From an uncultured Verrucomicrobiae bacterium (lineage in GTDB: Bacteria > Verrucomicrobiota > Verrucomicrobiia > Chthoniobacterales > UBA10450), in assembly GCA_963726745.1 (NCBI GenBank), contig CAVSDR010000006.1, positions 960,001 through 1,024,000 of the forward strand: 64,000 nt of DNA. Direction: 5' to 3'. A program made the position numbers and the translations under genes. Every line of letters begins with the position of its first letter. Position 1 is the first letter of the stretch. Of the stretch, positions 1 to 10,548 are shown one piece after another. The notes beneath the pieces were generated by a model. The model did not search any database, was not told where the DNA came from, and saw nothing but the letters and a program-made list of their open reading frames with translations.

Positions 1-1316
1 TGGCCAACCCGACCTACGCCGGCTTGCACGACAAGGCGCGGCGCTTCATCGAGGCGATCGCCGGGAAGAGCGCGGTGCAATTCGCGCACAAGGTCGAGGA
101 AGGCGTGAAAGGCCTGCTCGTCCCGAGCGTGATTTTCGAAGAGCTCGGCTTGCGTTACTACGGCCCGATCGACGGGCACGACATTCCGCTGCTCACCCGC
201 ACTTTCGAATTCCTGAAGACGCAGGACGAGCCAGTGCTGCTCCACATTCTCACGAAGAAGGGCAAAGGCTACGACCCCGCGTTGGCCAAGCCGGACAAGT
301 TCCACGGCCTCGGCAAATACAAGATCGAGAGCGGCGAAACCGCGGCTTCGCCTACGCCGACTTATTCGGAGTTGCTGGGGAAGACGCTGGCTAAATTTGC
401 CGACTCCAACAAGAACATCGTCACCATCACCGCGGCCATGCCCAGTGGCACCGGCCTTGGCCTTTTCCAGGCGCAACATCCCGATCGCTATTTCGACGTC
501 GGCATTGCCGAGGAACACGCGGCCCTCTTTGCCTGCGGTCTCGCGACCCAAGGCTTGAAGCCGTTCCTCACGATCTACTCCACCTTCATGCAGCGCGCTT
601 ATGACATGATCATTCACGACATCGCGCTGCAAAATTTGAACGTCGCGCTTTGCATGGATCGCGCCGGATTAAGCGGCGACGACGGTCCGACGCATCATGG
701 CCTGTTCGACATCGGCTACCTGCGCCACGTCCCTGGGATCGTGCACATGCAGCCGAAGGATGAGGACGAATTCATCGACATGCTCTGGACGATGGCGAAC
801 CACACCAGCGGCCCGATCGCGATTCGATACCCGCGCGGCGCCGGCACCGGCGCGCAGCCCAAACCCGAGCCGAAGCTGCTCGAGATCGGCAAGGCCGAAG
901 TCGTCCAACACGGCCGCGACGTCGCCATTTTCGGACTCGGAAACATGTTCGAAGTCGGCGAAGAAGCGGCGCGCAAACTCGAAGCGCAGGGCTATTCCGT
1001 CGCCTTGATCAACCCGCGCTGGATCAAGCCGCTCGATACCGGCACGCTCGAGTTCTTCGCCCGCGGCTGCCAGGTCGTGGCTACGCTCGAGGACCATGTC
1101 CTGCACAACGGTTTCGGCTGCGCAGTCATGGAACACCTCTCCGAAGCGCGCATCACCACGCCGGTCGTCCGCATCGGCTGGCCGGATCAATTCATCGAGC
1201 ACGGCACCATCCCGATCCTGCGCCAGAAGCATGGCCTAACGAGCGATGCGCTGGTGGAGAAGTTGCTGCCTCTGCTGCAGAAACCCACGCGCCAGCCGCA
1301 GCATAACGTTGCCTAG
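1..1316 (+). CDS. dxs: 1-deoxy-D-xylulose-5-phosphate synthase (5'-truncated by window edge)
   Basis: Motifs YYGPIDGHD, TKKGKGY, ITAAM, FDVGIAEEHA, IYSTFMQRAYD, DRAGLSGDDGPTHHG, IAIRYPRG; frame is open to the window start. Confidence 0.97.
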   Translation, partial: ANPTYAGLHDKARRFIEAIAGKSAVQFAHKVEEGVKGLLVPSVIFEELGLRYYGPIDGHDIPLLTRTFEFLKTQDEPVLLHILTKKGKGYDPALAKPDKFHGLGKYKIESGETAASPTPTYSELLGKTLAKFADSNKNIVTITAAMPSGTGLGLFQAQHPDRYFDVGIAEEHAALFACGLATQGLKPFLTIYSTFMQRAYDMIIHDIALQNLNVALCMDRAGLSGDDGPTHHGLFDIGYLRHVPGIVHMQPKDEDEFIDMLWTMANHTSGPIAIRYPRGAGTGAQPKPEPKLLEIGKAEVVQHGRDVAIFGLGNMFEVGEEAARKLEAQGYSVALINPRWIKPLDTGTLEFFARGCQVVATLEDHVLHNGFGCAVMEHLSEARITTPVVRIGWPDQFIEHGTIPILRQKHGLTSDALVEKLLPLLQKPTRQPQHNVA

Positions 1317-1406
1317 CGCCCCGGCTGCTCGAGTCTTCCAGGTCTGCGCGGGGCGCTTGGTTGCTCCTTGCGGGCGGGTTCATCTTCTCTCTCTTCGCAG
1401 AGCCAA

Positions 1407-2414
1407 ATGAGCGCGATCGAAGTCTCCGGCCTCTCCAAGGTCTATCGCACCTACCGCAAGGAAAGCGGGCTGCGCGGGGCGATCAAAGGGCTCGTCCGGC
1501 GAAAGTATGACGAGACGCGCGCGGCGGACAACGTCTCGTTTACGATCGAAGAAGGAGAATTAGTCGGCTTTCTCGGGCCAAATGGCGCGGGCAAGACGAC
1601 CACACTGAAAATTCTTTCCGGCTTGCTTAATCCGACTGCGGGCGAAGCGCGCGTGCTTGGCTTCATCCCATGGGAGCGGCGCAACGAAATGAAGCGCCAG
1701 TTCTCGCTCGTGATGGGGCAAAAAAACGCGCTCTGGTGGGATTTGCCGGCGCAGGAATCGCTCGAGCTAAATCGCGCAATCTACGGGATCGAGCGCGCGC
1801 GTTTCCAGAAAGTCGTCGGCGGCTTGAGCGAACTCCTGGAAGTAGGCGACAAGATGAACGTGATGGTGCGCGAGCTCTCGTTAGGCGAGCGCATGAAGAT
1901 GGAATTGATCTCGGCCTTGATCCATGAGCCGAAGGTCCTGTTCCTCGATGAACCGACTATCGGTCTCGACGTGGTCAGCCAGAAACGCGTGCGCGAGTTC
2001 CTGCGGGTTTACAACCAGGAGCACAAGATCGTGACCATGCTCACGAGCCATTACATGCAGGACATCGAGGAGCTGTGCGAGCGGGTGATCATCATCGATC
2101 ACGGGAAGATTTTCTTCGATGGCCCGCTCGAGCAGATCATCGATCGCTTCTCGATCGCGAAGATCATCTCGCTGACCTTCGAGGAAAGCGCCGCGCGCGA
2201 TTTCTCCGTCTTCGGCGAAGTGGTCGAGCAAACGCCGCTCTCGGTGCAGTTGAAAGTGCCGCGCGCGCAGGTCACGGAAGTGGCGCGGCAATTACTCGAC
2301 AATTGCAAGGTCACCGACATCAACGTGCAGGAGCTTCCGGTCGAGGAAGTGATCCGGCAGCTTTTCGGCGAGCGCTCCAGCCTGCAGAAAACGGCCGCGG
2401 CCGCGCCGGCTTAG
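1407..2414 (+). CDS. ABC transporter ATP-binding protein (ABC-2/DrrA-like); no permease adjacent
   Basis: Walker A GPNGAGKTT, signature LSLGERMK, Walker [13 protein letters not shown]-loop TSHYM; ATG at 1407. Confidence 0.92.
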   Translation: MSAIEVSGLSKVYRTYRKESGLRGAIKGLVRRKYDETRAADNVSFTIEEGELVGFLGPNGAGKTTTLKILSGLLNPTAGEARVLGFIPWERRNEMKRQFSLVMGQKNALWWDLPAQESLELNRAIYGIERARFQKVVGGLSELLEVGDKMNVMVRELSLGERMKMELISALIHEPKVLFLDEPTIGLDVVSQKRVREFLRVYNQEHKIVTMLTSHYMQDIEELCERVIIIDHGKIFFDGPLEQIIDRFSIAKIISLTFEESAARDFSVFGEVVEQTPLSVQLKVPRAQVTEVARQLLDNCKVTDINVQELPVEEVIRQLFGERSSLQKTAAAAPA

Positions 2415-2680
2415 AAACGTCTTACGAGAGCGCGCTTCAAGTCGTGCGCATACGCCGGGTTGACCTCGAATTGGAAGGTCGCCATTTCCGCGAGCGGCAC
2501 TTCTTCGGCGAACGGGATCGTGGTCACGTAGCCGGCGGAGATCAGGCTGTTCAAGGTATCGGCCACATCCTCCGCATCCATGTGCGAGCCCTCCTGGATT
2601 TCGCCGCCGAGGACGGCTTCGGCAAAGCCCATTGCCCGGACGACCGAGACCTCGCGGCCGGTGAGTTTGATCTGACGCAT
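2411..2680 (-). CDS. small hypothetical protein, possibly winged-helix-like
   Basis: 89-aa ORF with host-like codon usage; fills the gap between convergent genes. Confidence 0.6.
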   Translation of the reverse strand: MRQIKLTGREVSVVRAMGFAEAVLGGEIQEGSHMDAEDVADTLNSLISAGYVTTIPFAEEVPLAEMATFQFEVNPAYAHDLKRALVRRF

Positions 2681-2722
2681 GCGAAGCTTTTAGCAGCTTG
2701 CATACCCGAGCCGCCGGCGGCT

Positions 2723-3569
2723 TCAGGCGCCGTCGCGCGCGAGGTTTGGCAGAAGGTTCTCGCGCAAGGCGCTGGCAAAAGTCGGGAAGCGCGGTTCCCA
2801 ACCGAGCGCGCGCAGCCGGGCATTACGCACGCGTTTGTTGCTCGCGCCGCGTTTGCGCTCGCCGTCGACTGCTGCGGTCGGCGGCAGCTCGCGGGCTAAC
2901 TCTGCGGCGAGAATCGCGTAGGCCTCGCGCTGGAGGAGCGGCGCGTCGTCGGCCACATTGTAGATCTTGCCGGCTAAACCTCGGACCGCCAAAAGAACCA
3001 GTGCGGCCGCGATGTCGTCGCGATGCGCTTGATTGAGGAAGCGCGGGCTCGGATCCAGCGTGGCTTCCCGGGCGAGAAATTTCCGCAGCAAGGCCGAGCG
3101 CCCCGGGCCGTAAATCCCGGCGAGCCGCGCGACGATCCCGCCGCGCGCGAGCACGAACTCCTCCGTCTCGCGCAGAATTTTCCCTGTCTCCCGCTTCGGC
3201 TCGGCCGGGCTTTCCTCGTCCACCCATTCGCCCTCGCGCTGCGCGTAGACGCTCGTGCTGCTGGTGAAAAGAAGCAGCGCCTTGGGGAAAGCGGCCGCGA
3301 GATGGCGCGCGCCCTCGAGATAGACCTGCCGGTAAGCGTCCGCCCCGCCGCCGCCGGAGCTGGCGCAATGGATCACCACCTGCGAAATCACCGGGCGCCG
3401 GCGGCGCGGCCGCGAAGTCGACTGCACGCACCGGATAATTTTTAGCCGACAACTTCTGCGCCGATTCCTCGGAGGCGGTCCAGCCTTCCACTTCCCAGCC
3501 GCGCTCGTGAAACCGGTCTGCCGTGGCCGCGCCCACGTAGCCGCACCCGGCGATGAGCACGCGCGCCAT
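2723..3569 (-). CDS. NAD-dependent epimerase/dehydratase, YeeZ-like SDR (apparent frameshift near 3382)
   Basis: N-terminal VLIAGCGYVG Rossmann motif in ORF 2823..3569; VVIHCA, FTSSTSVY, RLAGIYGPGR, HRDD, YNVAD in ORF 2723..3427. Confidence 0.85.
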
Positions 3570-3575
3570 CGCTCG

Positions 3576-4302
3576 TTAGTCCGTCGCCGCCGCGAGCTCG
3601 ATTTCCTCGAAGGCGATCGGCCTGGGTCGCGCGCACCTGGTGCAGCCGGATGAGCTCGAGCAGCGCCAGGAAAGTGACGACAATTTCCACGCGCGAAGCC
3701 ATCGAGGCGAAAAGCTCGGAGAAGCGCAGCGGCACGCCATCGGCCACGCGCTCGAGGATCCAGGTGATCTTGTCCGAGACGGTGTAATGCTCGCCGAAAA
3801 TCTCGGAGAGATTTTCCCGCGCCTCGATCCGCTTGATCACGTTCTGGAAGGCATTGATCAGCTGGAAAATCCCGACCTCGCCCAGACGCAAAGGCGCCAG
3901 GGCCAGCTCCGGCGCGACCGGTTCGCGCAGGAAAATGCGCTCCTGCTCGAGCTGCCGGACCTGCAGTTGCCCGGCAGCTTCCTTGAACTTTTTGTATTCG
4001 ATCAACTGCCGGATGAGATCCCAGCGCGGATCGTCTTCCTCCACGTCTTCCTCGGGCGGCTGCTGCTCCACCGGCAAGAGGCTGCGGCTCTTGAGATAAA
4101 TCAGGTTCGCCGCCATGACCACGAACTCGCCCGCGACATCGATGTTCAGCTCCTTGAACGCCTGGAGATACTCGAGGTATTGCTTCGTGATCCGCTCGAG
4201 CGAGATCTCGTAGATGTCGAGCTCGTCGCGCTTGATCAGGTAAAGCAGCAGATCGAGCGGGCCCTCGAAAATCTCGAGCTTAACTTTGTAATCGCTCTCC
4301 AT
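3576..4302 (-). CDS. scpA: segregation/condensation protein A, kleisin (apparent frameshift near 3615)
   Basis: FEGPLDLLLYLI, YLKSRSLLP, LIEYKKFKEAA, VVTFLALLEL; C-terminal FEEIEL lies in the shifted frame, ending at TAA 3576-3578. Confidence 0.92.
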
Positions 4303-4328
4303 GCCTCTGCTGCCCGCGCGTGGGCCGC

Positions 4329-5444
4329 TTAAATTGCCTGCACTTTCCGGTGCACCCAGACGCTGTTCACGATCCCGAGACCGAACATGATCATGAGCAC
4401 GAAGGAGCCGCTGTAGCTGATCAACGGCAGCGGCACACCGGTGATCGGCAGCAGCGAGATGGTCATGCCAACGTTCTGGAAGATGTGGGTGAAAATGAGC
4501 GCAGTGATCCCAATCACGAGCAGCAGGCCGAATTGATCGCCCGCACAAAAAGCCACGAAGAGACAGGTGACTAGGAGGAGGGCAAAAGCGCCGAGAAGGA
4601 AGGAGCCGCCCACGAAGCCCCATTGCTCGCCGATGGCGGAGAAGATGTAGTCGTTATGCACCGCGGTCGCCGGGAGAAAGCCAAGCTCGATCTGGGTGTT
4701 CGGCGCCTTGAAACCTTTGCCCGCCCAGCCGCCGGAGCCGATGGCGATGAGCGATTGATTGATCGCCCAAGCCGAGCCCTGCCGGTCGATTTCGGGATTG
4801 ATGAACGCGGTGATGCGCTCTTTTTGATACGGCTTCAGGCCGAGGTTGATCGCCAGGGGCATGGCCGCGACCACCAGGAGAACGATGCAGGCGAGATAGC
4901 GCACCGGAATGCCGGCGACGAATAGCAGCGCGAGCATGACCGGCCCCCAGATGATGACCATGCCGAGATCCGGCTGCATTAAGATGAGCAGGCAGGGCGC
5001 GCCAGCGATCGCGCCGCAGAGCGCGAGCCGGAGCATGGGATGCATCTCGCGGAATTGGCTCAGAAAAAGAGCCAGCACCATGATGCCGGCGATGACCGCA
5101 AGCTGCGCCGGCTGGAAATTGATCGGCCCGAGATGGAGCCAACTGCGCGCGCCATAGACTTTCGTGCCGATGAACTTCGTCAGGATGAGAAAGAAAAGCC
5201 CGGCGAAATACATCGGGAGCGCGCCCCAGCGAACCCAGCGGTAGTCGATCAGGCTGGTGACCATGAAGACGACGAAGCCGACCGCGACCCAGTTGGCCTG
5301 CTTCCGCCAAAACTCCTGCGCGACCGGATCCGAGCGCATATAGGTGGCGCTGTAGACCGCGATCACGCCAAAGATCGCGAGCGCGAGCATGTTCACCAGC
5401 AGGAGCCAGTTCTGGCCGATGAGTTTTCGCAGAAACGGAGACAT
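4329..5444 (-). CDS. rodA: SEDS family peptidoglycan glycosyltransferase (RodA/FtsW)
   Basis: GARSWL, QPDLG, QSLIAIGSGG, HNDYIFS, LLPITGVPLPLISYSGS; multi-TM. Confidence 0.9.
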   Translation of the reverse strand: MSPFLRKLIGQNWLLLVNMLALAIFGVIAVYSATYMRSDPVAQEFWRKQANWVAVGFVVFMVTSLIDYRWVRWGALPMYFAGLFFLILTKFIGTKVYGARSWLHLGPINFQPAQLAVIAGIMVLALFLSQFREMHPMLRLALCGAIAGAPCLLILMQPDLGMVIIWGPVMLALLFVAGIPVRYLACIVLLVVAAMPLAINLGLKPYQKERITAFINPEIDRQGSAWAINQSLIAIGSGGWAGKGFKAPNTQIELGFLPATAVHNDYIFSAIGEQWGFVGGSFLLGAFALLLVTCLFVAFCAGDQFGLLLVIGITALIFTHIFQNVGMTISLLPITGVPLPLISYSGSFVLMIMFGLGIVNSVWVHRKVQAI

Positions 5445-5737
5445 GGGGTTCGAGCGTGCGCCGGTGGCTTCGATTCGCGAAGCCTCGGGAGCGCGCGAAT
5501 ATAGCCACATCGACTGCGGGCGTAAATGCCGGGCTTGGAAACTTCGTGCAAGGAGGCCGCGGCCGGCAGATTTAAGCGCCACCTTGTCGCGACGGAGTTG
5601 CCATGTTGCTGGCTAATTATCTGCACAGACAGATATTTACGCTGCAACGAAAACTATTTTACTCCGCTTCCTTGTCCTCCTTTTTCGCGGCCTTAAACTA
5701 CTCCGGTCACGATAGTATCACCGGAAAGGGAGTCCCA

Positions 5738-6193
5738 ATGGCTGCCAGAAAGACGAAACGAAAACTAGCGCACCCGAGATTGCCGATGCAGCGCCAGCTC
5801 AACCTCGAGCACGAGGGCGAGTACTTCGATCTTCGGGAAATCTTCGACCGCTTGAACGCGCGCTATTTTCGGAATCGTCTCCGCGGATACAAGGTCGTCT
5901 GGGGCCGTCGCCGGAAACGCCGGCCGAAGGAATACTTCGTCTTCGGCACGATCCAGGAAGAGGACCGCATCATCCGGATCAATCCGCGGCTCGATCAGCC
6001 GTTCGTCCCGCGCTGGTTCCTCGAATACATCCTTTATCACGAGATGCTGCACTCAGTAGTGCCGGATGAAATTTTCCCGAGCGGCCGGCGCCGGGTGCAC
6101 ACGGAAGAGTTCAATCGCCGCGAGGCGCTCTTCCCTGGCTATCGCCGCGCCAGGCGGTGGGAAGAAGACAATCTCGCGCGCTTCCTCCGTTAG
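5738..6193 (+). CDS. SprT-like / M48-like zinc metalloprotease domain protein
   Basis: HEMLH (HExxH) plus downstream H in RRVHTEEF; FDRLNARYF; basic N-terminus. Confidence 0.8.
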   Translation: MAARKTKRKLAHPRLPMQRQLNLEHEGEYFDLREIFDRLNARYFRNRLRGYKVVWGRRRKRRPKEYFVFGTIQEEDRIIRINPRLDQPFVPRWFLEYILYHEMLHSVVPDEIFPSGRRRVHTEEFNRREALFPGYRRARRWEEDNLARFLR

Positions 6194-6229
6194 CGTCGCT
6201 CCGCTGCGGGCGTGAGCCCGGTCCGGACC

Positions 6230-7105
6230 TCATACGGCGAGGGTGTCGTTGCTACGTTCTTTTTGATGAGGTACCAAAGGGTTGTCGCGAGCAGCAGGGA
6301 GATCACCTTTGCGCGCCAATTCCTCAGGAGGATTTTCTTCATAGCTTCCGTGGAGCAGGAGTTCGCTCAGCCGTTTCCGGAATGTTTCCGGGGTAAAATT
6401 CCGCTCGATCCGTCGGCGATGGCAGATGGAAATGCCGCCGGTTTCTTCCGAGACGATGATCGCGATCGCGTCCGACTCCTCGGTAATCCCGAGCCCGGCG
6501 CGGTGCCGCAGGCCGAGACTGCGGTCGAGCGTTTCGCGCTGGCTCACCGGGAAAATGCAGGCCGCCGCGGCGATCCGGCCATTGCGCATGACCACGCCGC
6601 CATCGTGCAGCGCGCTCTTTGGGTGAAACAAGGTCAGCAAAAGCTCGACGGAAAAGACGGAGTCGAGCTCGACCCCAGTTTCCTCGTAGACGCGGATCGC
6701 GGTATCACGCTCGATCGCGATCAGCGCGCCGAATTGCTTGTTCGCCAGCTGCGTGACCGCCTCGCCGAGGTCGTGCACCGTCTCGCGTTTCTCACTCGTT
6801 AGGGAAAAGATCGGATGCCCGCCCAGCTCGGCCAGGCCGCGGCGCAGTTCCGGTTGGAAAATCACCACCAGCGCGACCGCGAGGAAGACCGAAAAGCTGC
6901 GGATGATCCAGCCGATCACGGTCAGGTTCAGCAGCTGCGAAATCAGGGTGAGCGTGAGGAAGACAATCGCCAGGCCGGTGAGCACCTTCGCGCCGCGGGT
7001 CCCGCGGAAATAGAGATAGCCGTAGTAGATCCCAACGCTCAGCAGGATGATCTCGAAAAGGCCGCGCCATTTTTCGAGCCAGAGCTGGAGGAGCTGTTGA
7101 ATCAT
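6230..7105 (-). CDS. cdaA: diadenylate cyclase (CdaA/DacA type)
   Basis: Three N-terminal TMs, FQPELRRGL, LHDGG (DGA-type motif), GLRHRA (RHR), VSEETG. Confidence 0.93.
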   Translation of the reverse strand: MIQQLLQLWLEKWRGLFEIILLSVGIYYGYLYFRGTRGAKVLTGLAIVFLTLTLISQLLNLTVIGWIIRSFSVFLAVALVVIFQPELRRGLAELGGHPIFSLTSEKRETVHDLGEAVTQLANKQFGALIAIERDTAIRVYEETGVELDSVFSVELLLTLFHPKSALHDGGVVMRNGRIAAAACIFPVSQRETLDRSLGLRHRAGLGITEESDAIAIIVSEETGGISICHRRRIERNFTPETFRKRLSELLLHGSYEENPPEELARKGDLPAARDNPLVPHQKERSNDTLAV

Positions 7106-7956
7106 ACGACGGGTTCGAGAAGGGCTTCAGTCACACGAAGTGCGGCCGCGTTCGGTTGGACGTCGTGCACCCGCAGGATATTCGCGCCGCGTTCACGCAG
7201 CAGCGCCGTCAGGGCAACGGTCGGCGCGAGGCGATCTTCTGCCGCGGCCAGGTTGTCGGCTATTTTCGCGAGGAAGGATTTCCGCGACACGCCTACCACC
7301 AGCGGACGATCGGCCACGCGTAATTCCGCGAGGTGACGCAGGAGGCGCAGGTTGTGTTTCAACGTTTTCCCGAAGCCGATCCCCGGATCAAACGCAATCG
7401 CCATCGGATCGATGCCGCAGTCTAGGGCGCGGGCATATTCTTGTCGAAAAAATTCCCGCACTTCCGCGATCACGTCGTCATACTGCGGCGCGTCCTGCAT
7501 CGTCCGCGGCGTTCCTTGCATGTGCATGAGGACAAACGCCGCGCCGCTTTCCGCCACGGTCGCGAGCATCTCGCTGTCTCCGCGACCGCCGGTCACGTCG
7601 TTCACGATCGTCGCGCCGGCGGCGACGGCCGCGCGCGCGACCGCGGCCTTCGAAGTGTCGATCGAAAGGAGCGCATCGGTTTCCGCGCGCAGTCGTTCGA
7701 TCACCGGAAGCACGCGGCGCAATTCCTCCGCTTCCGCCACTGGTTCCGCGCCCGGGCGGGTCGACTCGCCGCCGATGTCGAGGATGCGCGCGCCTGCCTG
7801 CGCCATGCGCACGCCCTGCGCGACCGCGCGCTCGTGATCGAAGAATTGTCCGCCATCGGAGAACGAATCCGGGGTGACATTGAGCACGCCCATGAGCAGC
7901 GCGCTGGACGTAAGGTCGAGCATCGCGCCGTCTACTTTCCAAAGCACGGGCGTCAT
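7102..7956 (-). CDS. folP: dihydropteroate synthase
   Basis: MGVLNVTPDSFSDGG, IGGESTRPGA, SIDTSKA, DPGIGFGK, GVSRKSF, RVHDV. Confidence 0.96.
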   Translation of the reverse strand: MTPVLWKVDGAMLDLTSSALLMGVLNVTPDSFSDGGQFFDHERAVAQGVRMAQAGARILDIGGESTRPGAEPVAEAEELRRVLPVIERLRAETDALLSIDTSKAAVARAAVAAGATIVNDVTGGRGDSEMLATVAESGAAFVLMHMQGTPRTMQDAPQYDDVIAEVREFFRQEYARALDCGIDPMAIAFDPGIGFGKTLKHNLRLLRHLAELRVADRPLVVGVSRKSFLAKIADNLAAAEDRLAPTVALTALLRERGANILRVHDVQPNAAALRVTEALLEPVV

Positions 7957-8051
7957 CGGCCACGAGCGTATCACAGCGCGGCGCTTATTCGAAGCCGGCA
8001 AGATTCCGCTCGTTTCTCCTCGGTCGCTCGCGGAGAGTAGCGCTCCTCCTG

Positions 8052-10211
8052 TTGAAATCGAAAACTGAACTGAAGTCCGAGATTCTGCGCATCCTCGGCG
8101 CCCCGAAATACCGGCCGCTCGATAAAACCGAGCTCGCGAAAGCACTCCAGCGCAAGAGCGGCGAGCGCATGCAGCTCAACGAAATCCTGCGCGAGCTCGA
8201 GCGCGATGGCGACATCGCGCGCATCCGCAAGAACCGCTACGTCCTCCCGGCGGAAGCCGACCTCGTGACCGGCTCGCTCCATGTGCACCAGTCCGGTTTT
8301 GCCTTCCTCACGAACGAAGCCAAGCCCGGCGAGAAGGACCTGTTCATTCCCGCGGAAGCTACCGGCACCGCGATGCACGGCGACCGCGTGGTCGCGCGAA
8401 TCACCCGCGACGAGCAATATGCCCGGCACAAGGGCGCCTCCGCGCGCGCCGAGGGCCGCATCATTCGCATCCTCGAGCGCGCGCACGACACCATTGTCGG
8501 CACGCTCCAGCAGTCGCGAAATTTCTTCGTCGTCGTGCCGGATGACCCGCGGATCGTGCACAACGTCTACGTCCCCGCGCCGCAGAACCGGTCGGCTAAA
8601 GTTGGCGACAAAGTGGTCGTGCGCCTCGAGGCGTGGGAATCGCGCCACGTAAATCCTGAGGGCGAGATCGTGGAGAATCTCGGCTCTGCCTCCGCGCCCG
8701 GCGTGGACATGCTTTCGATCATCCGGAAGTTCCATCTGCCCACGGAATTTCCCGCCGCCGTCCTCGCCGAGGCCGAGCAGATCCCGGAGACGGTGGACGC
8801 GTCGCGTTATCCGGAGCGGGAAGATTTGCGCCGGCAGTTCATCGTCACGATCGATCCCGATGACGCGCGCGATTTTGACGACGCGATCAACGTGGAACGC
8901 CTGCCTGGCGGCGGCTGGAGCCTCGGGGTGCACATCGCGGATGTCGCTGCCTATGTCGCCCCCGGCTCCGCGCTCGATCGCGAGGCGGTCAAGCGCGGCA
9001 ACAGCGTTTACCTGCCCGACCGCGTGATCCCGATGCTGCCGGAGCGCCTGAGCAACGGCGTCTGCAGCCTGCGGCCGGACGTCGACCGCCTGACGCATTC
9101 CGTCTTCATCCAGTTCGATCGCGGCGGGAAGCCGCGGCAAACGCGCTTCGCCCGCACCATCATCCGGAGCGCGCGCCGCCTGACCTACCGCCAGGCTTTC
9201 GCATTCTTGAAGTCGCCGCCTAACGACCAGTTGAGCGAGCGCCTCCATGTCGCCTGGGAGCTGGCTTCGCTCCTGCGCAAAAAACGTTTCCAGCAGGGCT
9301 CGCTCGATCTCGATTTCCCCGAGGTGAAAGTCCGCCTCGATGCCGAGGGCAAGCCGGTCGAGCTCGAGCGGATCGAGAACGACGAGTCGCACCAGCTGAT
9401 CGAGGAATTCATGCTCGCGGCCAACGAAGCGGTCGCGCAGGAATTAAAGAACAAGCTCATGCCTTCGGTCTACCGCGTGCACGAGAATCCGGATCCGGAT
9501 AAGCTGGCGGACTACCGCGAGCTCGTCCTGAGCTACAACTACAAGGCGGGCGATCTCACCCAGCGCACCGAACTCCAGCGTCTCCTCGCTTCCTTCCGCG
9601 GAAAGCCGGAGGAACAGGCGCTCAAGATCGGCCTGCTCAAGAGCCTGAAGCGCGCGCGTTACGCGGTCCAACCGCTCGGGCATTACGGATTGTCGAAGGT
9701 CAATTACACGCATTTTACCAGCCCCATCCGGCGCTACGCCGACCTCGTGGTCCACCGCTCCCTGGCGGAACTCGGGTCCGGCCGGAAAGCGCGCGGCGAC
9801 CTCGGGCAACTCGGGTCGCTCGCGGAACACATCTCGATCACCGAGCGCAACGCGGCCGAGGCCGAGATCGAGGCGGTGAAGCTGAAGAAGCTCGAGTATT
9901 TCCAGCGCCAGCTGGAGGCGAAGGAACCGCAGGTCTTCCGCGCCTCCATTCTCGAGGTGAAGAACTTCGGCCTGGTTGTGGAGTTGCCCGATGTGCTCCT
10001 CTCCGGTTTGATCCACGTCTCGTCGCTGACGGACGATTTTTATCACTACAATCCGGCGCAGCGAAAACTCGTCGGCCGGCAATCTCACCGGCAATTTTCC
10101 GTGGGCGACGAAGTGCGTGTGCGGGTTGCCCGGGTCGATACCTTCAAGCGCCAGGTCGACTTCGCTCTGGTCGATGAACGGCCCGCAAAAGCTCCCCGGG
10201 GTCGACGTTAA
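8052..10211 (+). CDS. rnr: ribonuclease R
   Basis: Cold-shock domains, RNB core TIDPDDARDFDDAI, HFTSPIRRYADL, C-terminal S1. Confidence 0.95.
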   Translation: MKSKTELKSEILRILGAPKYRPLDKTELAKALQRKSGERMQLNEILRELERDGDIARIRKNRYVLPAEADLVTGSLHVHQSGFAFLTNEAKPGEKDLFIPAEATGTAMHGDRVVARITRDEQYARHKGASARAEGRIIRILERAHDTIVGTLQQSRNFFVVVPDDPRIVHNVYVPAPQNRSAKVGDKVVVRLEAWESRHVNPEGEIVENLGSASAPGVDMLSIIRKFHLPTEFPAAVLAEAEQIPETVDASRYPEREDLRRQFIVTIDPDDARDFDDAINVERLPGGGWSLGVHIADVAAYVAPGSALDREAVKRGNSVYLPDRVIPMLPERLSNGVCSLRPDVDRLTHSVFIQFDRGGKPRQTRFARTIIRSARRLTYRQAFAFLKSPPNDQLSERLHVAWELASLLRKKRFQQGSLDLDFPEVKVRLDAEGKPVELERIENDESHQLIEEFMLAANEAVAQELKNKLMPSVYRVHENPDPDKLADYRELVLSYNYKAGDLTQRTELQRLLASFRGKPEEQALKIGLLKSLKRARYAVQPLGHYGLSKVNYTHFTSPIRRYADLVVHRSLAELGSGRKARGDLGQLGSLAEHISITERNAAEAEIEAVKLKKLEYFQRQLEAKEPQVFRASILEVKNFGLVVELPDVLLSGLIHVSSLTDDFYHYNPAQRKLVGRQSHRQFSVGDEVRVRVARVDTFKRQVDFALVDERPAKAPRGRR

Positions 10212-10329
10212 CCCCTCAGCGCGAACAGCTCACGCAAGTTTCTCAAATCAAGATGCTTGTGGGTTAAAACAGGGAAAAATTCGCTTTCAGGCACCTAGGG
10301 ATTTTGCTTATGATGAGCCCCTTCCCCCA

Positions 10330-10548
10330 ATGGACAACGTCATCGAAGTGAAAGAACTGCAAATCGAGCGGAAACATTTCCAGCTCGAGCTGCGGGAGAA
10401 TGAGCGCGGAAAATTCCTCCGGATCACGGAGGAGGCGCATGGCCGGCGAAACACGATCATTCTCCCGAGCACCGGGCTGGAGGACTTCACCGCGGCCTTG
10501 GGCACGATCGTCAACGTTGCCAACGAGCGGATCCCCGCCGCCTCTTAA
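10330..10548 (+). CDS. PUR-alpha-like (single PUR repeat) nucleic-acid-binding protein
   Basis: KELQIERKHFQLELRENERGKFLRITEE..RRNTIILP matches the PUR repeat pattern (K.F...L.EN.RG.FL.I.E). Confidence 0.8.
   Translation: MDNVIEVKELQIERKHFQLELRENERGKFLRITEEAHGRRNTIILPSTGLEDFTAALGTIVNVANERIPAAS

Noticed and set aside
6230..7956. folP-cdaA coupling as a novel link
   Set aside because: This adjacency is common in several phyla and not unusual.
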